From a virus (lineage: Duplodnaviria > Caudoviricetes): 64,000 nucleotides of DNA. The stretch is taken from the IMG/VR virus record IMGVR_UViG_3300033463_000015. The stretch is one strand, 5' to 3'. How positions within the stretch are numbered: the stretch's first letter is position 1; each line of letters begins with the position of its first letter. The position numbers and the translations under genes are program-made. This document shows positions 14,148 to 25,720 of this stretch, in pieces. The notes beneath the pieces were generated by a model. The model ran no database searches. It had not been told where the DNA came from and was given only the letters and a program-made list of their open reading frames with translations.

Positions 14148-14729
14148 TTATACTCTTATCATCTGATACTTAACGCCCTTTTCGCCGTTAGGTACAGTGT
14201 AATATTTTACTACCTTGCCATAAGCTACATTAGCAGCAGGAGTAGTCTTGGTTAGCTTTGGAACTGGAGAACCAGCTACTGGAATAACATATACAGCAGT
14301 GGTAGCACAAGCAGCTAGAGTAGCCTCTAGAGCCTCAGCAGTAGTGAAACCAGTTTCAGAGTCATCATACTGTAAGCAGTTAGTAGTTACGGTATCACCA
14401 ACACCTAGAATGCCTACACGAGGATAATCACCAGCGACCTTGCGGCCGAAGGTCTTTAGACCATAATGGAAAATGTCATATTCTTTCTCAGCAGTATATA
14501 CGATACCAATTGGCTTATCAGTAGCAGCCGCAGGAGCATCAATAACGCCCTTAGCCTTGTCAGCAACAACCCACATACCGTTTTCGCAAACGCCATAGTT
14601 GCCACTTCCGCCCTCAACAAACTTCTCGCCAAGTGGAGTCTGAGAAACTACCATGCCAGTCTTTGGGAAAGCTACCTGGTTTAGCTCTAGAGTGGCATAT
14701 TGTTCAACAGGAAATCTTTTTGCAGCCAT
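14148..14729 (-). CDS. Capsid decoration/stabilising protein
   Basis: 193 aa between scaffold and capsid genes, high-expression codon bias, no TAG. Confidence 0.65.
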   Translation of the reverse strand: MAAKRFPVEQYATLELNQVAFPKTGMVVSQTPLGEKFVEGGSGNYGVCENGMWVVADKAKGVIDAPAAATDKPIGIVYTAEKEYDIFHYGLKTFGRKVAGDYPRVGILGVGDTVTTNCLQYDDSETGFTTAEALEATLAACATTAVYVIPVAGSPVPKLTKTTPAANVAYGKVVKYYTVPNGEKGVKYQMIRV

Positions 14730-14743
14730 AACTTATTCCCTCC

Positions 14744-15379
14744 TTAATTTTTACGATATTTTTTCATAAGTAAGGCGAATTGAGATTCTTCTGGCTCTAA
14801 GAGTGGAACCACCGGGCTTTCTTCCACGCTATTGAGCTGTTTGTTGGCAAAGGTAATTGCCAACTTACTTTCCAATTCATCATAGGAGAAGTCATTAGTC
14901 TTGTTCTTAATTTCACTAATTTCTTCCTCTCCAATAATTTTTTCATATTTTTCTACTAAAGCATTCTTACGAGCATTTTCAGCGGCAATTACTTGCTCCT
15001 GATAATTGCTTAGAGAAGCCTTTAGTTCATTAATAGAATTATTTAGAGTTTCTAACTCAGCTGCATGTGCGCTTTCTAGCTCGGTAATGCGATTTTGAGC
15101 AGCTTCATAATTAGTACTTAACTCATTATAATTTGCTTGAAGTTCATCAAATTGTGCTTGTAGTGCTTCAAATTCAGTAGGTTCAGCCGCAGGCTCTTCT
15201 TCATCTTCAGCGGGAGTTTCCTCAGCCTCTTCAGCGGGTTCTTCCACGGTCTCAACAACTTCTTCCTCAGCCGCAGGCTCATTGTTTTCAAACTCAGCAG
15301 CGGGTTCTTCCACAGGAGTTTCAGCAACTTCCTCTACAACTTCAACTTCAGGCTCTTGATTTTCTAAAGTTGGATCCAT
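14744..15379 (-). CDS. Nested scaffold protein (internal start)
   Basis: AAGGAGGAG lies 8 nt before an in-frame ATG at 15379, at the start of the acidic/coiled-coil part. Confidence 0.6.
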   Translation of the reverse strand: MDPTLENQEPEVEVVEEVAETPVEEPAAEFENNEPAAEEEVVETVEEPAEEAEETPAEDEEEPAAEPTEFEALQAQFDELQANYNELSTNYEAAQNRITELESAHAAELETLNNSINELKASLSNYQEQVIAAENARKNALVEKYEKIIGEEEISEIKNKTNDFSYDELESKLAITFANKQLNSVEESPVVPLLEPEESQFALLMKKYRKN

Positions 15380-16039
15380 AGCTTGTTCTCCTCCTTTTGC
15401 ATTATTTTCAGCTTCTTCAACTCGCTCTTTCAAAGATGACAAAAGTGAAGAAAACTTATCAAATTGATTTGTATAATTTTCATCATTTTTAGAAAAGAAT
15501 GATGAAACAGAAAAACAAGGTTCATGCTCACCAATTATACAAAATCCTAACATATTCGCGGTTTTGTATATATAATAGTATTCACCCTATATTTCTCCCC
15601 AATCTCCTGTAATGCTATTAGGGTCTAGCTCCATTGATTGATGCTAGCCGGCAATTTTTTGTGCTTCAGAAAAATATTCTGAAAATAGCACTACGGAGAA
15701 AATAGCATAATCGCGTGCGACGCCATCGGTATCTGTTAAAGTTTCCCACCCAAGAAAACTCTCAACATAACCATAACCATTGGCTAATGTTGGCCCAGTA
15801 TGACTAGCCCAAGACTATGTCTCCGGATCAAAAAAGCCAACGACAGGTGTATTGCCACGAGTAGCGCTAGCAATAAGCTGGTCCGCGACAGCATCTGTAA
15901 TATAAGAGCCGTTGCGATTAGCATACTTAGTAAATACAGCAACTTTTAATCGCCCCATATTAGGTTCTGTATTAGAAATAGCGGTAATTGGTGAGTTCAT
16001 AACCTAGACATCAAAATAAACTGGTATTTTTCTATCCAT
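14744..16039 (-). CDS. Prohead protease-scaffold fusion (431 aa, TAG=Gln)
   Basis: Fragments 15815-16000 and 14744-15553 are in frame. Protease-like N-terminus (NRNGSYI, QSMELD, GFCIIG.HEPCF) and an acidic coiled-coil C-terminus. Confidence 0.8.
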
Positions 16040-16050
16040 AATTATCCCTC

Positions 16051-17601
16051 TCATCCAGCGGCCGCAATATTAGCCTGGGTTTTTTCCGATTTCTAACCAT
16101 CGGGAAGTTCAGGGCGACCACCTGTATTATTAGTGTCATCACTTGACTTCTATGTTGTAGTATTTTGCGCTGATGAAGAAGAATTTCCTGTCTATTGGCC
16201 AGGAATGCCAGACGTAGTATAAGAAGATTGTAGAGGAACCATCTTAATAGACATTTCAAGAATATCATTCTCAAAGTGCATTAAGCTTAATTGATCACGC
16301 TGCTTTACACCCATAGCTACACCCGCAAGCATCTTGGAATAACCATACTGAGCTCCACGGAAATAGACACCTTGCATTTCTTCTCTATTGAATACTGTGA
16401 TTGGTAAAATCTCAAAGTCAAATGTAAGATTAGTGCGCGCAAACTTATCATTAATATGGAACTTAATCCAAGTCTCATATTCATTTAGATAAGCATTCAT
16501 TAATGTTTCATCCTTCTTAATAGCATAGTCTAAAGCTGCACTACCATCAGGATTGAATAGAATATGACTACGGCCAAGTGCGTCCCAAGCATTATTCTTG
16601 TATTTTTCAATACGGTCTGCAGATTGAGTTGCGGCAGAACTGTCTTGTACATTCTCTAACTTGGCTTCACCGAATGTAGTTAATACATCAACAGTATCTA
16701 AGTCTTCCAACATATGCGCTACTGATGCATGAATGTCAGCAACTTCTTCAAGTTCAAATACTAACTAACCATTACTATCAATTGGCATTTGCTCAATTAA
16801 TAATTTATGTAGCTCATTTTCATCACGCTTTTCTTCTCTCTTTACAGCGTCAGCTAACTTCTTCAATTCAGGAATACTACCAATTAGAGGCGGCACACCG
16901 TCAGTGGCAAAACTGAAACATACCCCTCCGCCGCCAGCCTCTATCATCACCCACGGGTCGGTTTGCTTTTTCCCGCGAGTCCATTGCTTCCACGCAACCT
17001 AAACAACTGCTGGGAAAGTAGAAACTACTTCATTTCTCACTTTCTCATCTGGAAACTTCATAAAGTAATTTAGATTGAATTCCAAGATATTTAAGTTATT
17101 GAAGTCCTTAAAACGAGTGCGGCAATATTGTACTGGTAAATCCTAAATAGTAACCTTATCACCTAAAGTTCTTAAAATCCCATAATATATACCATTGATT
17201 AACCATTCAGTAGTAATATGAGATAATGTATTCGGCAAATCTAAGTTCTCAACAAATTCACAAGCTTTGTAGAATGCCTTCATTAACTGAGTCTCTGAAC
17301 CCTTACCTTCCTGATAAACAGGAATCACAGCAGTGTCATATAGAGGTAAATGAGCTAAGAAATCAATGTTATTCCTATAATTGCTATTAGTTCTATAATA
17401 ATAACGAGACAACTCACGCAAAGATATTGTATCGCCTGAACGAATAATTTCTTCAATTTCTTCCAAGGAAAAATCTTTTTGAACAGGCTCAGCATTTCTA
17501 TACCATCCACGATAATAAGAACGATCATTCAATGGCGCCCTTTCAGCTATTAGTCTTCTATAAGATTTAAAATTTCGTTTTTCATCGCCCAAATTACTCA
17601 C
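16051..17601 (-). CDS. Portal protein (516 aa, TAG=Gln)
   Basis: Three ORF-track fragments are in frame. GTGA overlap with the terminase stop; C-terminal GGRP motif; position after the terminase. Confidence 0.85.
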
Positions 17602-19385
17602 CCCCTCTTACGCGAAGTAAAGAATGTATAATTAGATATGTTCTTTCGTAATTTCTTTTTTGCTGCTTTATCTTCATAATACTTAACTCTATAAAGAGCA
17701 TATTCCATTGCGGAAAAGCGGTCTTTTTCAATGGACTTAGATATGCGCTCAACTTTAAACTAGTTCTAGACGCCAGTAGGCTTTAGCCGCAAGTTATTGC
17801 ATTCATCAATTAGTCGAGAAGTCATTTCATAAGGCATTAAATATACTCTTCTATCATAAAGAGACATTTTCTATCCTTTCTTGGTCTTAACTAATTTATC
17901 TTTTACAATTCTTTCGCTTGCTAATAAACTTACCGTGCCGTTATTTACTTGAGAAAAGAAATTAGAATGAATAGCATCGTCATTAGATGAACCTGCTTTT
18001 ATATCATATATAATAGCATTTAGTTCAGGACGAGGTTCTTCTGCTTCTACTTTCATTCCTGCTGGCAAATGATGGTCGTTATTAAAGACATAATATGCGG
18101 GAAATTGTTCTCCGGTTTTAGTATCATATGATGGTAAAACCATAGCATCTAATAAACCAATACCGGGGCCATTACCGTCGATTACAATCTCTCGCGGCTA
18201 AAATAACGAAATAAGTTTCTTTAATCTGGGAGCCTAATCGGTAATGTAGTTAGCACCGTGGATAACTTCCGTATATACTAAGTTCTTTTTAAAACCATCA
18301 GATTGTGGTAATACTTTGAATACCATAATAGCTGTATTTGCCGAATAACGAGCAACGTCTACCCCTATTATATAAAAAGTATTAGGGTTAGGTGGATTCT
18401 CCTATGCTTTGCGTTCGCATTTTAATAAAGTACGACGCTTATTAAGTCTGCGGGAATCCAACCACGCATCTTTATTGTTGCCAGTCCAAATTGATAAATT
18501 TTCACGCGAGAATGATTCTTCACTTACAGTAGAGGAATAGCGCTGGTCTAATAAGGTTGCTTTATCTAAAAGCCCGTAATGTAAGGGGACCTCATATGAT
18601 AGGCCCCAAGAAAAATATTCGTTTGGCCGCAAGACAGCATTGATGGTTATTTCTATAAGTTTCTAATACATAAATACTGTGCGTTCGGCGCTAGTAGTGA
18701 TGAATATCTGAGCAGCAGATGGTTCCTCTGGATTTAAAGTGCCATCCACTTCTCTTCTTTTAATATTCATTTGCGGCACTAGAACTTCGTTATATGGGAC
18801 TTCTTCAATAAGAGCTGCCTCTTCAAGTATTGCGGCAGTAGCTCTCAAACCACGAGAAGTGTCCTTGGATACAACAGAAATCATTGAACCATTCTTGAAC
18901 CACAATTCATAGTAGTTGCCGCTAGCCTTTTGACCTGTCTTACCATCTTCAGTTCTAACAGCTAGCTCTTTGCGCAATAAAGGCCAATGTCTAAATATTT
19001 CTTCAAACTTAGCTTGTGCGATTTTAATAACTGTTCCTTTTACGTCAGAAGCAATCATTATGGTTGAATTAGGTAGTAAAACCGCACGCACGATAGCGCT
19101 CAAGTAAGCAGTAAAAGATTTAGAAGTAGCGCGTGTTGCGGTCCAGAAATGATAACGATAGCGCATTGAAGCACGAAGTGAAATGCGCTAAAAGGGCAAT
19201 AAATGGAAATGCTTCGCATCATCTGGATCCTATATAGCGTCTAAAAATAAGTCAGGATATAGTAGCCAATAATTTAGATAACTAGTAAAGAGTTCCTAGT
19301 TGGCATCTAGGAACTCTCGGGTAAGGACTACTCCTTTTTCAATTGGGATACCATCACGATAGCATAAGTCGGTTCTCTCACTCAT
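17598..19385 (-). CDS. terL: Terminase large subunit (595 aa, TAG=Gln)
   Basis: ATPase motifs TRATSKSF, RGLRATAAILEEA, FITTSA; RuvC-like FYIIGVDVAR, IVIDGNG, KDRFSA; fragments in one frame. Confidence 0.9.
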
Positions 19386-20310
19386 TCAAATCACCGGCAA
19401 GCTCATCCTCGCCCTCATACTCTATATCGGCAGTATCATCAAACTCAACCGCCTCATTTTCAATTTCTTCCAGCCGCTCGGTCATATTATAACGAGCCTT
19501 CTTATCTTCTACTTGTTCAGCAAAGTTGCCTTCATTTATAACTAGCCGCTTCAAGTAGTTCTAAATATTCTACATCATAAAGTCCATTGAATCTTGCGGC
19601 TCGGTATGCCATTTGGGGTGCCAACCCTTTTTACCATAATAGACCATAAGTTCACCAACTGACTCAAAGTCGGCCGCATTTTTAGCGTTGTTAGCCTCAA
19701 ATTTACAATTCTTAATAATGTCTGAAATGGCATCCATATCCTTTTTTACATCTAAGCCTTCACGCATAGTTTTCTTCGCGCGCAAGGTAAGCTCGCAGAG
19801 GTCTCGCGCACGCTACTTTAAGATTGGGGTTGAAACATTTTGAGTGGCAATAATCTAGTTATAATAATCCTCCAAGAATAGAAGTTCTTCTTTTGTATAA
19901 GAAGGAGACCAATCTTTCTTCAATCTCTTCATTTTTGATTCTGAAATTTTTTCAATTTCGTCGTCTATGGTACCTTCTTCGCGAGCTAGCCGCCAACGTT
20001 CATTTTCGTCAGCCCAGCTTATGGCCGCGTATCTATCATCAAGTAAGGTATTGAAATAAGCCGATAGCGTATGATCTTTATGTATCTCATACAACTAAGT
20101 CCATTTATTAAGGTCCAGCGGCAAGTCAAGATAGCGGCATAGAGCGTCTACCTCGTTGAGGTTGTCTTGGTGAATTAGGGTTTCTAAACAGCTTGTGCAA
20201 ATAAGAGAACGATGGCCGGGAAAGAATGGAGATTTTGTTGGCTAAAAGGCATACTCAGGTTTGTCCTGCTTACATTTTAAGCACTTGCGTTTCTTTATTT
20301 CGTTGGTCAT
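19378..20310 (-). CDS. Zn-finger protein, putative terminase small subunit (310 aa, TAG=Gln)
   Basis: N-terminal CxxC...CxxC; in frame with fragments 19855-20094 and 19570-19785; directly upstream of terL. Confidence 0.6.
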
Positions 20311-21583
20311 TTACACTTTGACCTCCTCTTTCAATACGGCGTAGTTTTTCACACTCTTTACAGTTAGAGGAAAAACCGTCCTTTCTGTTTTTGTTACACA
20401 CGAAAAATAGCTTATGACGTGGTAGCTTGCGGCCGCACGTATAGCATTGCTTTAGCTCCTCTTCAGGGGTTTCGCAAATGAGACGCCACTTTTGGGCTGT
20501 CTAAGCTAGTTTTTCGGGTATCTCTTTAGAAAGTATTGTACATAAGTAATTCTCAGTATATTTTAGGCCGTATTTAATCTATAAATTTTCAACAATTTCT
20601 CCATAAGGTACTCTATTTATTTTTTGTTCAAGTATGAAGTCGCGCACTTCGGACAAGTGAGCCATTTTGCGATAACGTTCAAAGTCCCATATTAAAGTGC
20701 GGCCGTAGGTATCTAGCTTCTCATACAATTGGTCGTAGAGTGGGTCATACCAGTTGAGTAGCGCCTTAATGTGAATGGGGTTCTCCCAATCGAATATATG
20801 TTCTCTTACAACCCAGCGCACTTCTTCTTCGCCAGTCCAAGGATTTATGCGTGTTTCATAATCATTTATATCTTTGGATATGTGACTTAGTAGCGCATTA
20901 TCTACACGCTCTTGCCATTGAGCGCGCGACATCCAGTATACGGAGTCACTAGTCCAATCAACGAATTGTTGCTTGGGGTGATCTATGCCGGGGAAATGGA
21001 GTTCGGGTTTATATACATCTTTTAAGTAGTATTGGTGTCGCCGCAAATCAACTAACCAATGCTTTAACTAATAAAGGCGATAATCGTCTTTAATAATGGG
21101 GGTTGTGTCGTCGGCGGGCAACTTGTCTTCATTTACCGCAATGGTATGTTCCATACGGTCAATGGAGTCCCAAAGTTCCTTCATGTATGGAATGTTGGAG
21201 TCACCTGGATCAATTAGTGCGCCAGTTTTCTTATCATATTTTGGCTTATTAATACAGGGTTTAGGTTTCTTATATACCGATGGTTTATGCCTCTATTCAA
21301 GGGTTTGCTGGTCGGCCATTGGGTTCTCCAGTAACTCATCAAGCGATAGCAACTTATCGTCCATAGTTTTAAATGTACTATACCTCTTATTAGAATCTGT
21401 AATTTCTTTGCGCTAAACCGTGTTTTGGTTGTTTTCGTCTTTACCATAAAGTATGTAGTTGGCCATTTGTTCAAGTTCGGTGTTACTTGGCACCTTCTCC
21501 AAACGGTCAAGTATATCATAGATAGCGGCGGTACGGTCAGTATCGCGCTCTATTGAGTAGTCAAGGGAATACGCTTTTTTCAT
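20270..21583 (-). CDS. Hypothetical protein with C-terminal Zn finger, first gene of the late operon (437 aa, TAG=Gln)
   Basis: ATG 21583 is in frame with fragment 20579-21046; C-terminal CYTC...CKEC. Confidence 0.7.
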
Positions 21584-21611
21584 TGAATTCAACACCTCTT
21601 TGCCTATGTAA

Positions 21612-21641
21612 ATTATAACATACGGGGCTTGGCGTTGTCAA
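21612..21641 (-). promoter_or_regulatory. Sigma-A promoter of the morphogenesis operon
   Basis: TTGACA-N18-TATAAT with extended TG on the minus strand. Confidence 0.7.
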
Positions 21642-22106
21642 GTGTTTGAGTGCTTTATTTTTAAGGCTGATAGGCTTTAAATTTTAAAAAAGTTGGTGGA
21701 ATTTGGGCACGCCCCCACAGTTAGTCTAAACTAACTTGGTTTTTTCCCGAAAGCTAGCCCCCGGGGCGCTGAAGCTGAAAGCTAGAGCTAGGATTCGATG
21801 GATCCGGCTCAAAAATTGTTACAAAAGTGTTACAAAATCGGGTGGGGTGTAGCAATTTTGACCTAATTCGCGGAGACGGGGGTGTGGTCATTTTAAAATT
21901 GAAAAAATTTTCCAAAACCACCCTGGGTTTTTCCGTGGGGTGCCCTTCGCCGCGGGACCCCCTGTCCCCATTTGAAAAATAGAAACGCGCAAGCGGGAGT
22001 TCCTCCACCGCAGGCACGGCCGCGGGGCCGCGAGCACCGGGGGATTATGGACCGGATCGGGAAAGTGGGCGCTTGTTAAAAATTTAACAAGCGCCTCCAC
22101 CGCGGT

Positions 22107-22570
22107 TACTTTAGCGCATTAAAGCGCTAAAGTAATTGTCTCTATTCTTGGATCCGGACGCGAGTTAGTTTAGACTAACTAACTCCTCAGCCTCCACCAT
22201 TCGCAGGAAAGACGTTAGCGCATTAAAGCGTTAAAGTCCGGATCCTTTAGTGCATTAAAGCGCTAAAGTGGGCGAAGGTCAAAGTCAGTCAAAGTCAGGA
22301 AACTTTAGCGCGTTAAAGTGTTAAAGTCCTCCACCTCTTTAGCACTTTAGTGCGCTAAAGTATCCTCCACCGCCGGGCGCACTTTAGCGCGTTAAAGTGC
22401 TAAAGGGAGGCGCGCTTTAGCGCGTTAAAGTGTTAAAGCGTCGCCGGATCTTTAATGCATTAAAGCGCGAAAGTCCGGAATTGACAAGAATTTAACAATC
22501 ACTTTAGCGCATTAAAGTATTGAAGTCGTTATGAAAGTATAACGACTTTAGCGCATTAAAGCGTTGAAGC
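22107..22570. repeat. Array of ~10 CTTTAG-N4-(C/T)TAAAG palindromes (HisR-like operators)
   Basis: Copies near 22107, 22214, 22245, 22301, 22343, 22380, 22413, 22450, 22500, 22544; most carry an extra half-site 9 bp on. Confidence 0.85.
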
Positions 22571-22655
22571 TAATTTGCGATTTTCAACTTCCGGTGTTTA
22601 AGAAAAAGTTAGCCTCCACTAACTGTTATGAAAATATAAGAAAAGGCCGCCGCCT

Positions 22656-23108
22656 TTAGGCGGTGGCCGCAAGGGCTTTCCGAAGGGACTTTTCGTTTAC
22701 AAGTTCCGCGCCGTCAAACTTGACTTGCACTTGTTCGCCGTTGATTTCGAGGTCTCCGGCAACCCAGAACGGAGTAGAGTTCTTTTCCCACGGCAGGCCG
22801 TTCATTTCCGCCGTGACCCGTTCGAAGTTGTCGCCCGTGTTGTGCTTCGGGTCAGCCGTGAGCAGGTCAGCCGTGCCGATAGCCTTGACCGCGCCCGCCG
22901 CGATCAGCGCCGCCTTGGTGGCCTTGTCGAAGCGGATGCGGATTTTCGCCGCGCCGCCGCGCTTGGTGCTTTCATGGTCAAGCCGCAGGGCCGCCGCCGG
23001 GATTTCAGCGAAGTAACCGCCGTAGAGGATACCGCGCAGGACGAAGCCGATATAGTAGATGGTGGCGGCGGTCAGTTCGGTGTAGTTGGTGAGCAGGTAG
23101 TTCATCAT
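22656..23108 (-). CDS. Family A protein (putative PD-(D/E)xK-like fold)
   Basis: Own promoter and RBS; paralog of 30307 and 31069; G..FE...GDL...QxK pattern. Confidence 0.85.
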   Translation of the reverse strand: MMNYLLTNYTELTAATIYYIGFVLRGILYGGYFAEIPAAALRLDHESTKRGGAAKIRIRFDKATKAALIAAGAVKAIGTADLLTADPKHNTGDNFERVTAEMNGLPWEKNSTPFWVAGDLEINGEQVQVKFDGAELVNEKSLRKALAATA

Positions 23109-23208
23109 GGTGGTGGTCCCCTTTCCTTTTCTTCGTCTCCATTATACAGCATGCCGGGCAACTTGTCAAGGGGTTTTTGAAACTTTTTTTCGGGATAGTG
23201 CGGCGGCA

Positions 23209-23427
23209 TCAGTCGCCGCACATATCCCACGCCCACAGGGTCAGCACCGGGACGGCTTCGCCGAGGACTTCCTCGGTAGCGGTGAGGTCGATGCCGTTTT
23301 CCACCGCCCACATGGTGAAGTCGTCGAAGTCCTCTTCATAGCACCGATACAGGGTCATTTCATAGTCAGCGGCATCGTCGAAGTCCTCGGTGGCGTAGAC
23401 GGTTTCGAAGTATTCGCGGATAGTCAT
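23209..23427 (-). CDS. Acidic hypothetical protein (72 aa)
   Basis: Own promoter, RBS, GC3-rich codons. Confidence 0.8.
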   Translation of the reverse strand: MTIREYFETVYATEDFDDAADYEMTLYRCYEEDFDDFTMWAVENGIDLTATEEVLGEAVPVLTLWAWDMCGD

Positions 23428-23584
23428 TTTTGAAGTCCCCCTTTTTTCTTCGGTATCTCTACCGTGACTAAAGTATAGCACATAACAGCCGGCCTGTCAA
23501 GCACTTTTTTCGCCACCGGGCAAATTTTTTTGCCCGGTCACCGGATCAGCGCCCAGGACCACCAGTAAAAGTCAAAGAAAGTCA

Positions 23585-23637
23585 AAAATAAAAATGTGCA
23601 TCCCTGCCGTAGGTCCGAAGGGTTTTCCCTTCATCTG
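23585..23637 (-). ncRNA. Candidate small RNA, family 1 copy 1
   Basis: Consensus promoter (23643-23671) with no RBS-led ORF; homologous to 29920-29972. Confidence 0.5.
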
Positions 23638-23820
23638 TGCCCATTATACACTATGCCGGCGGATTTGTCAAGTACTTTTTTCTCCGCAGGACTTGCGGCC
23701 GCAGGCTCTTACGCTTGCGTATCTGTGTGCTAATAAAGAATGATTAGCTTATGTCAATTACTCTTTAACCAGTGCAGCGAGTTAGTTATGACTAACCATA
23801 TTACTATAAAAAAAGAACCT

Positions 23821-24258
23821 TTACAGGTTCTTCAACACTTCCATAATATAGCAAGGTTCATAGGCTTTTCCGTTCTTCCATGCGTTGCGGTTCTGCTTTT
23901 CATCATCGAACAAAATAGCATCATCAGCACCACACACAGACCACTTATTCACGCCATACGACACAATCAGCACGTTATCAAAGCGGACACTTGCGAGATG
24001 CTTTGCAAGCCACGCACGCTTTGCGGCAATAACAGCATCGTCATAATCAGCGGTGCTATTCTTGCTCAACCAACTAATCACAATCAGCTTATGGCCTTGC
24101 GCTTGCAGACTGTTCAGCTTGCGCGCAAGCGCAGACAGATTGCACAGAGGCTTTGCGGCTTTATAAGGATAAGGGTCAGAAGCAAGCAGATAGTTAAGCC
24201 AATTGGCAACACCATACAGATTAGCAATGGTTCCGTCAAGGTCGAAGCAAATAGTCAT
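23821..24258 (-). CDS. HAD-family phosphatase (5'-nucleotidase-like)
   Basis: FDLDGTIA, IVISW and ILFDD motifs; paralog of 36925. Confidence 0.85.
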   Translation of the reverse strand: MTICFDLDGTIANLYGVANWLNYLLASDPYPYKAAKPLCNLSALARKLNSLQAQGHKLIVISWLSKNSTADYDDAVIAAKRAWLAKHLASVRFDNVLIVSYGVNKWSVCGADDAILFDDEKQNRNAWKNGKAYEPCYIMEVLKNL

Positions 24259-24528
24259 CAGTAGCACTTCCTTTCTTACAGCTTTATTATACAGGATAAA
24301 AAGCAAATTGTCAATAGGCAAATAAGAAAAAAAGGTATTGACATTCATACTCTTATGTGCTATACTTTAGTGGGAGAGTGAGATATATAGTTAGTTATGA
24401 CTAACTATTTTGCCGGCTTTATAGATCCGGAAGGAGTTAGTTATAACTAACTCATATTATCGGTCTCTCCTCCACCATCCCTATTATAAGCGATAATGTC
24501 AAGAATGTCAAGCCTTTTTCGCAGAAAG

Positions 24529-24580
24529 TTATCCACAGATTTATCCACAACAAGTCACCTTGTGGATAAAGTTATCCACA
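24529..24580. promoter_or_regulatory. Cluster of four perfect DnaA boxes
   Basis: TTATCCACA at 24529, 24541 and 24572; TGTGGATAA at 24561. Confidence 0.9.
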
Positions 24581-24656
24581 AGTATAAGATAAAGGAAAAG
24601 GGCTTTCGCCCTTTGTTATTTAGCCCAAGGATAGAATTCATGGCATGGAGGGCTTT

Positions 24657-24902
24657 TCAGCCCTCCAAAATCTCCTTGCGGGTTTCTTCATCCTGTCGCA
24701 GGAAGGTATAGAGCAAATGCTTATTATCTTTCACAGACGCGGGCACTTCCACGATGCAGCAATTTTTCTGCGCAACAGGCCGCATCATGTTATAATGCCG
24801 AATAGCGGTCATCTTGTTAACCCACACCATGCCATTATGAGCAAGGGTCAGCTCTCCGTGCCGCTGATGATTATAGCGCGCGATTGTCCACATAGTCTCC
24901 AT
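24657..24902 (-). CDS. Hypothetical protein (81 aa)
   Basis: Own promoter, GAGGAGG RBS. Confidence 0.8.
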   Translation of the reverse strand: METMWTIARYNHQRHGELTLAHNGMVWVNKMTAIRHYNMMRPVAQKNCCIVEVPASVKDNKHLLYTFLRQDEETRKEILEG

Positions 24903-24999
24903 TTTGTATCCTCCTCTTGTGGTGGCTTACGCCCTCCCCACAATCTTATTATAGCAGATTCGTCCGGTTTTGTCAAGCACTTTTTTCAGCCCGCGGCGG

Positions 25000-25176
25000 T
25001 TAGGCCGCGGGGTTTTCCACAGGAAGGCCATCCACCATGTCGGCGACCTCGCGGGCACGCTCGGCAGTATCATAGGCCCCGTAGAACCACAGGTCGCCCT
25101 CGACCTCACGGACAACCCACCAGCGGCGGCGGGCGGCGTAGGTGGGAACGTTGCGGACGGTTTCGATAGTCATCAT
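25000..25176 (-). CDS. Family D small protein (58 aa)
   Basis: MMTIETVRNVPTYA...WFYGAYDT; paralog of 27687 and 28471. Confidence 0.85.
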   Translation of the reverse strand: MMTIETVRNVPTYAARRRWWVVREVEGDLWFYGAYDTAERAREVADMVDGLPVENPAA

Positions 25177-25443
25177 TTTTGTGGCCTCCGGTTTTTGTAT
25201 TCGGTATCTCTACCGTGATTAGAATATACCACAGATCAGCCGATTTGTCAATAGGTTTTTTCGATTTTTTTCGACTTTTTTTTGATGAGTAGAAAATTGC
25301 CCCCGCGGGTCATCCTCCACAAACCCAGACTCCAAGCGCGCCGGATCCACCCCACAAACCGAGGTTTTATGCGATCCGGATCCAGGCCTCGCAGGTGGTG
25401 GTGGAGGGCTTTTCAGCCCTCCACCGGCCGCAGGCCGCAGGCT

Positions 25444-25626
25444 TTACGCCTGCAGGCCGAGGGCCTTGGCCTGCCGCAGGACGTCCCGCTTGGCCTCGGC
25501 CGCAGCGTTCTTCTCGCGACGCCACACAGTGTAGTCATCGGCCATTTCGGCGAGGAAGTCGGCCTCGGCGATTTCGGCAAGGGCTTTGCGGAGGTCTTCC
25601 GCGGTGTTGATGGTGTAGTGCTTCAT
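25444..25626 (-). CDS. Hypothetical protein (60 aa)
   Basis: Own promoter and RBS. Confidence 0.8.
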   Translation of the reverse strand: MKHYTINTAEDLRKALAEIAEADFLAEMADDYTVWRREKNAAAEAKRDVLRQAKALGLQA

Positions 25627-25720
25627 TTTGAAGCCCCCTTTCCTTTTCTGTGATTAAAGTATAGCACGATTTGCCGGTTTTGTCAAGTACTTTTTGAAAA
25701 ATTTTTTTCGGCGGGGAGGG

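Noticed and set aside
1-21583. Degraded prophage/pseudogenes
   Set aside because: Fragments stay in frame and break at TAG, which fits recoding rather than decay.
21754-22100. ORFs 21754-22017 and 21888-22100
   Set aside because: They lie in motif-rich non-coding DNA with no RBS.
22107-22570. CRISPR array
   Set aside because: Repeats are degenerate, gaps range from ~6 to ~80 bp and contain other motifs, and no cas genes are present.
24338-24512. GTGGGAGAGT after gene-less promoters (also ~43402) as a 5S rRNA loop E mimic
   Set aside because: Only a 10-nt match with no supporting structure.
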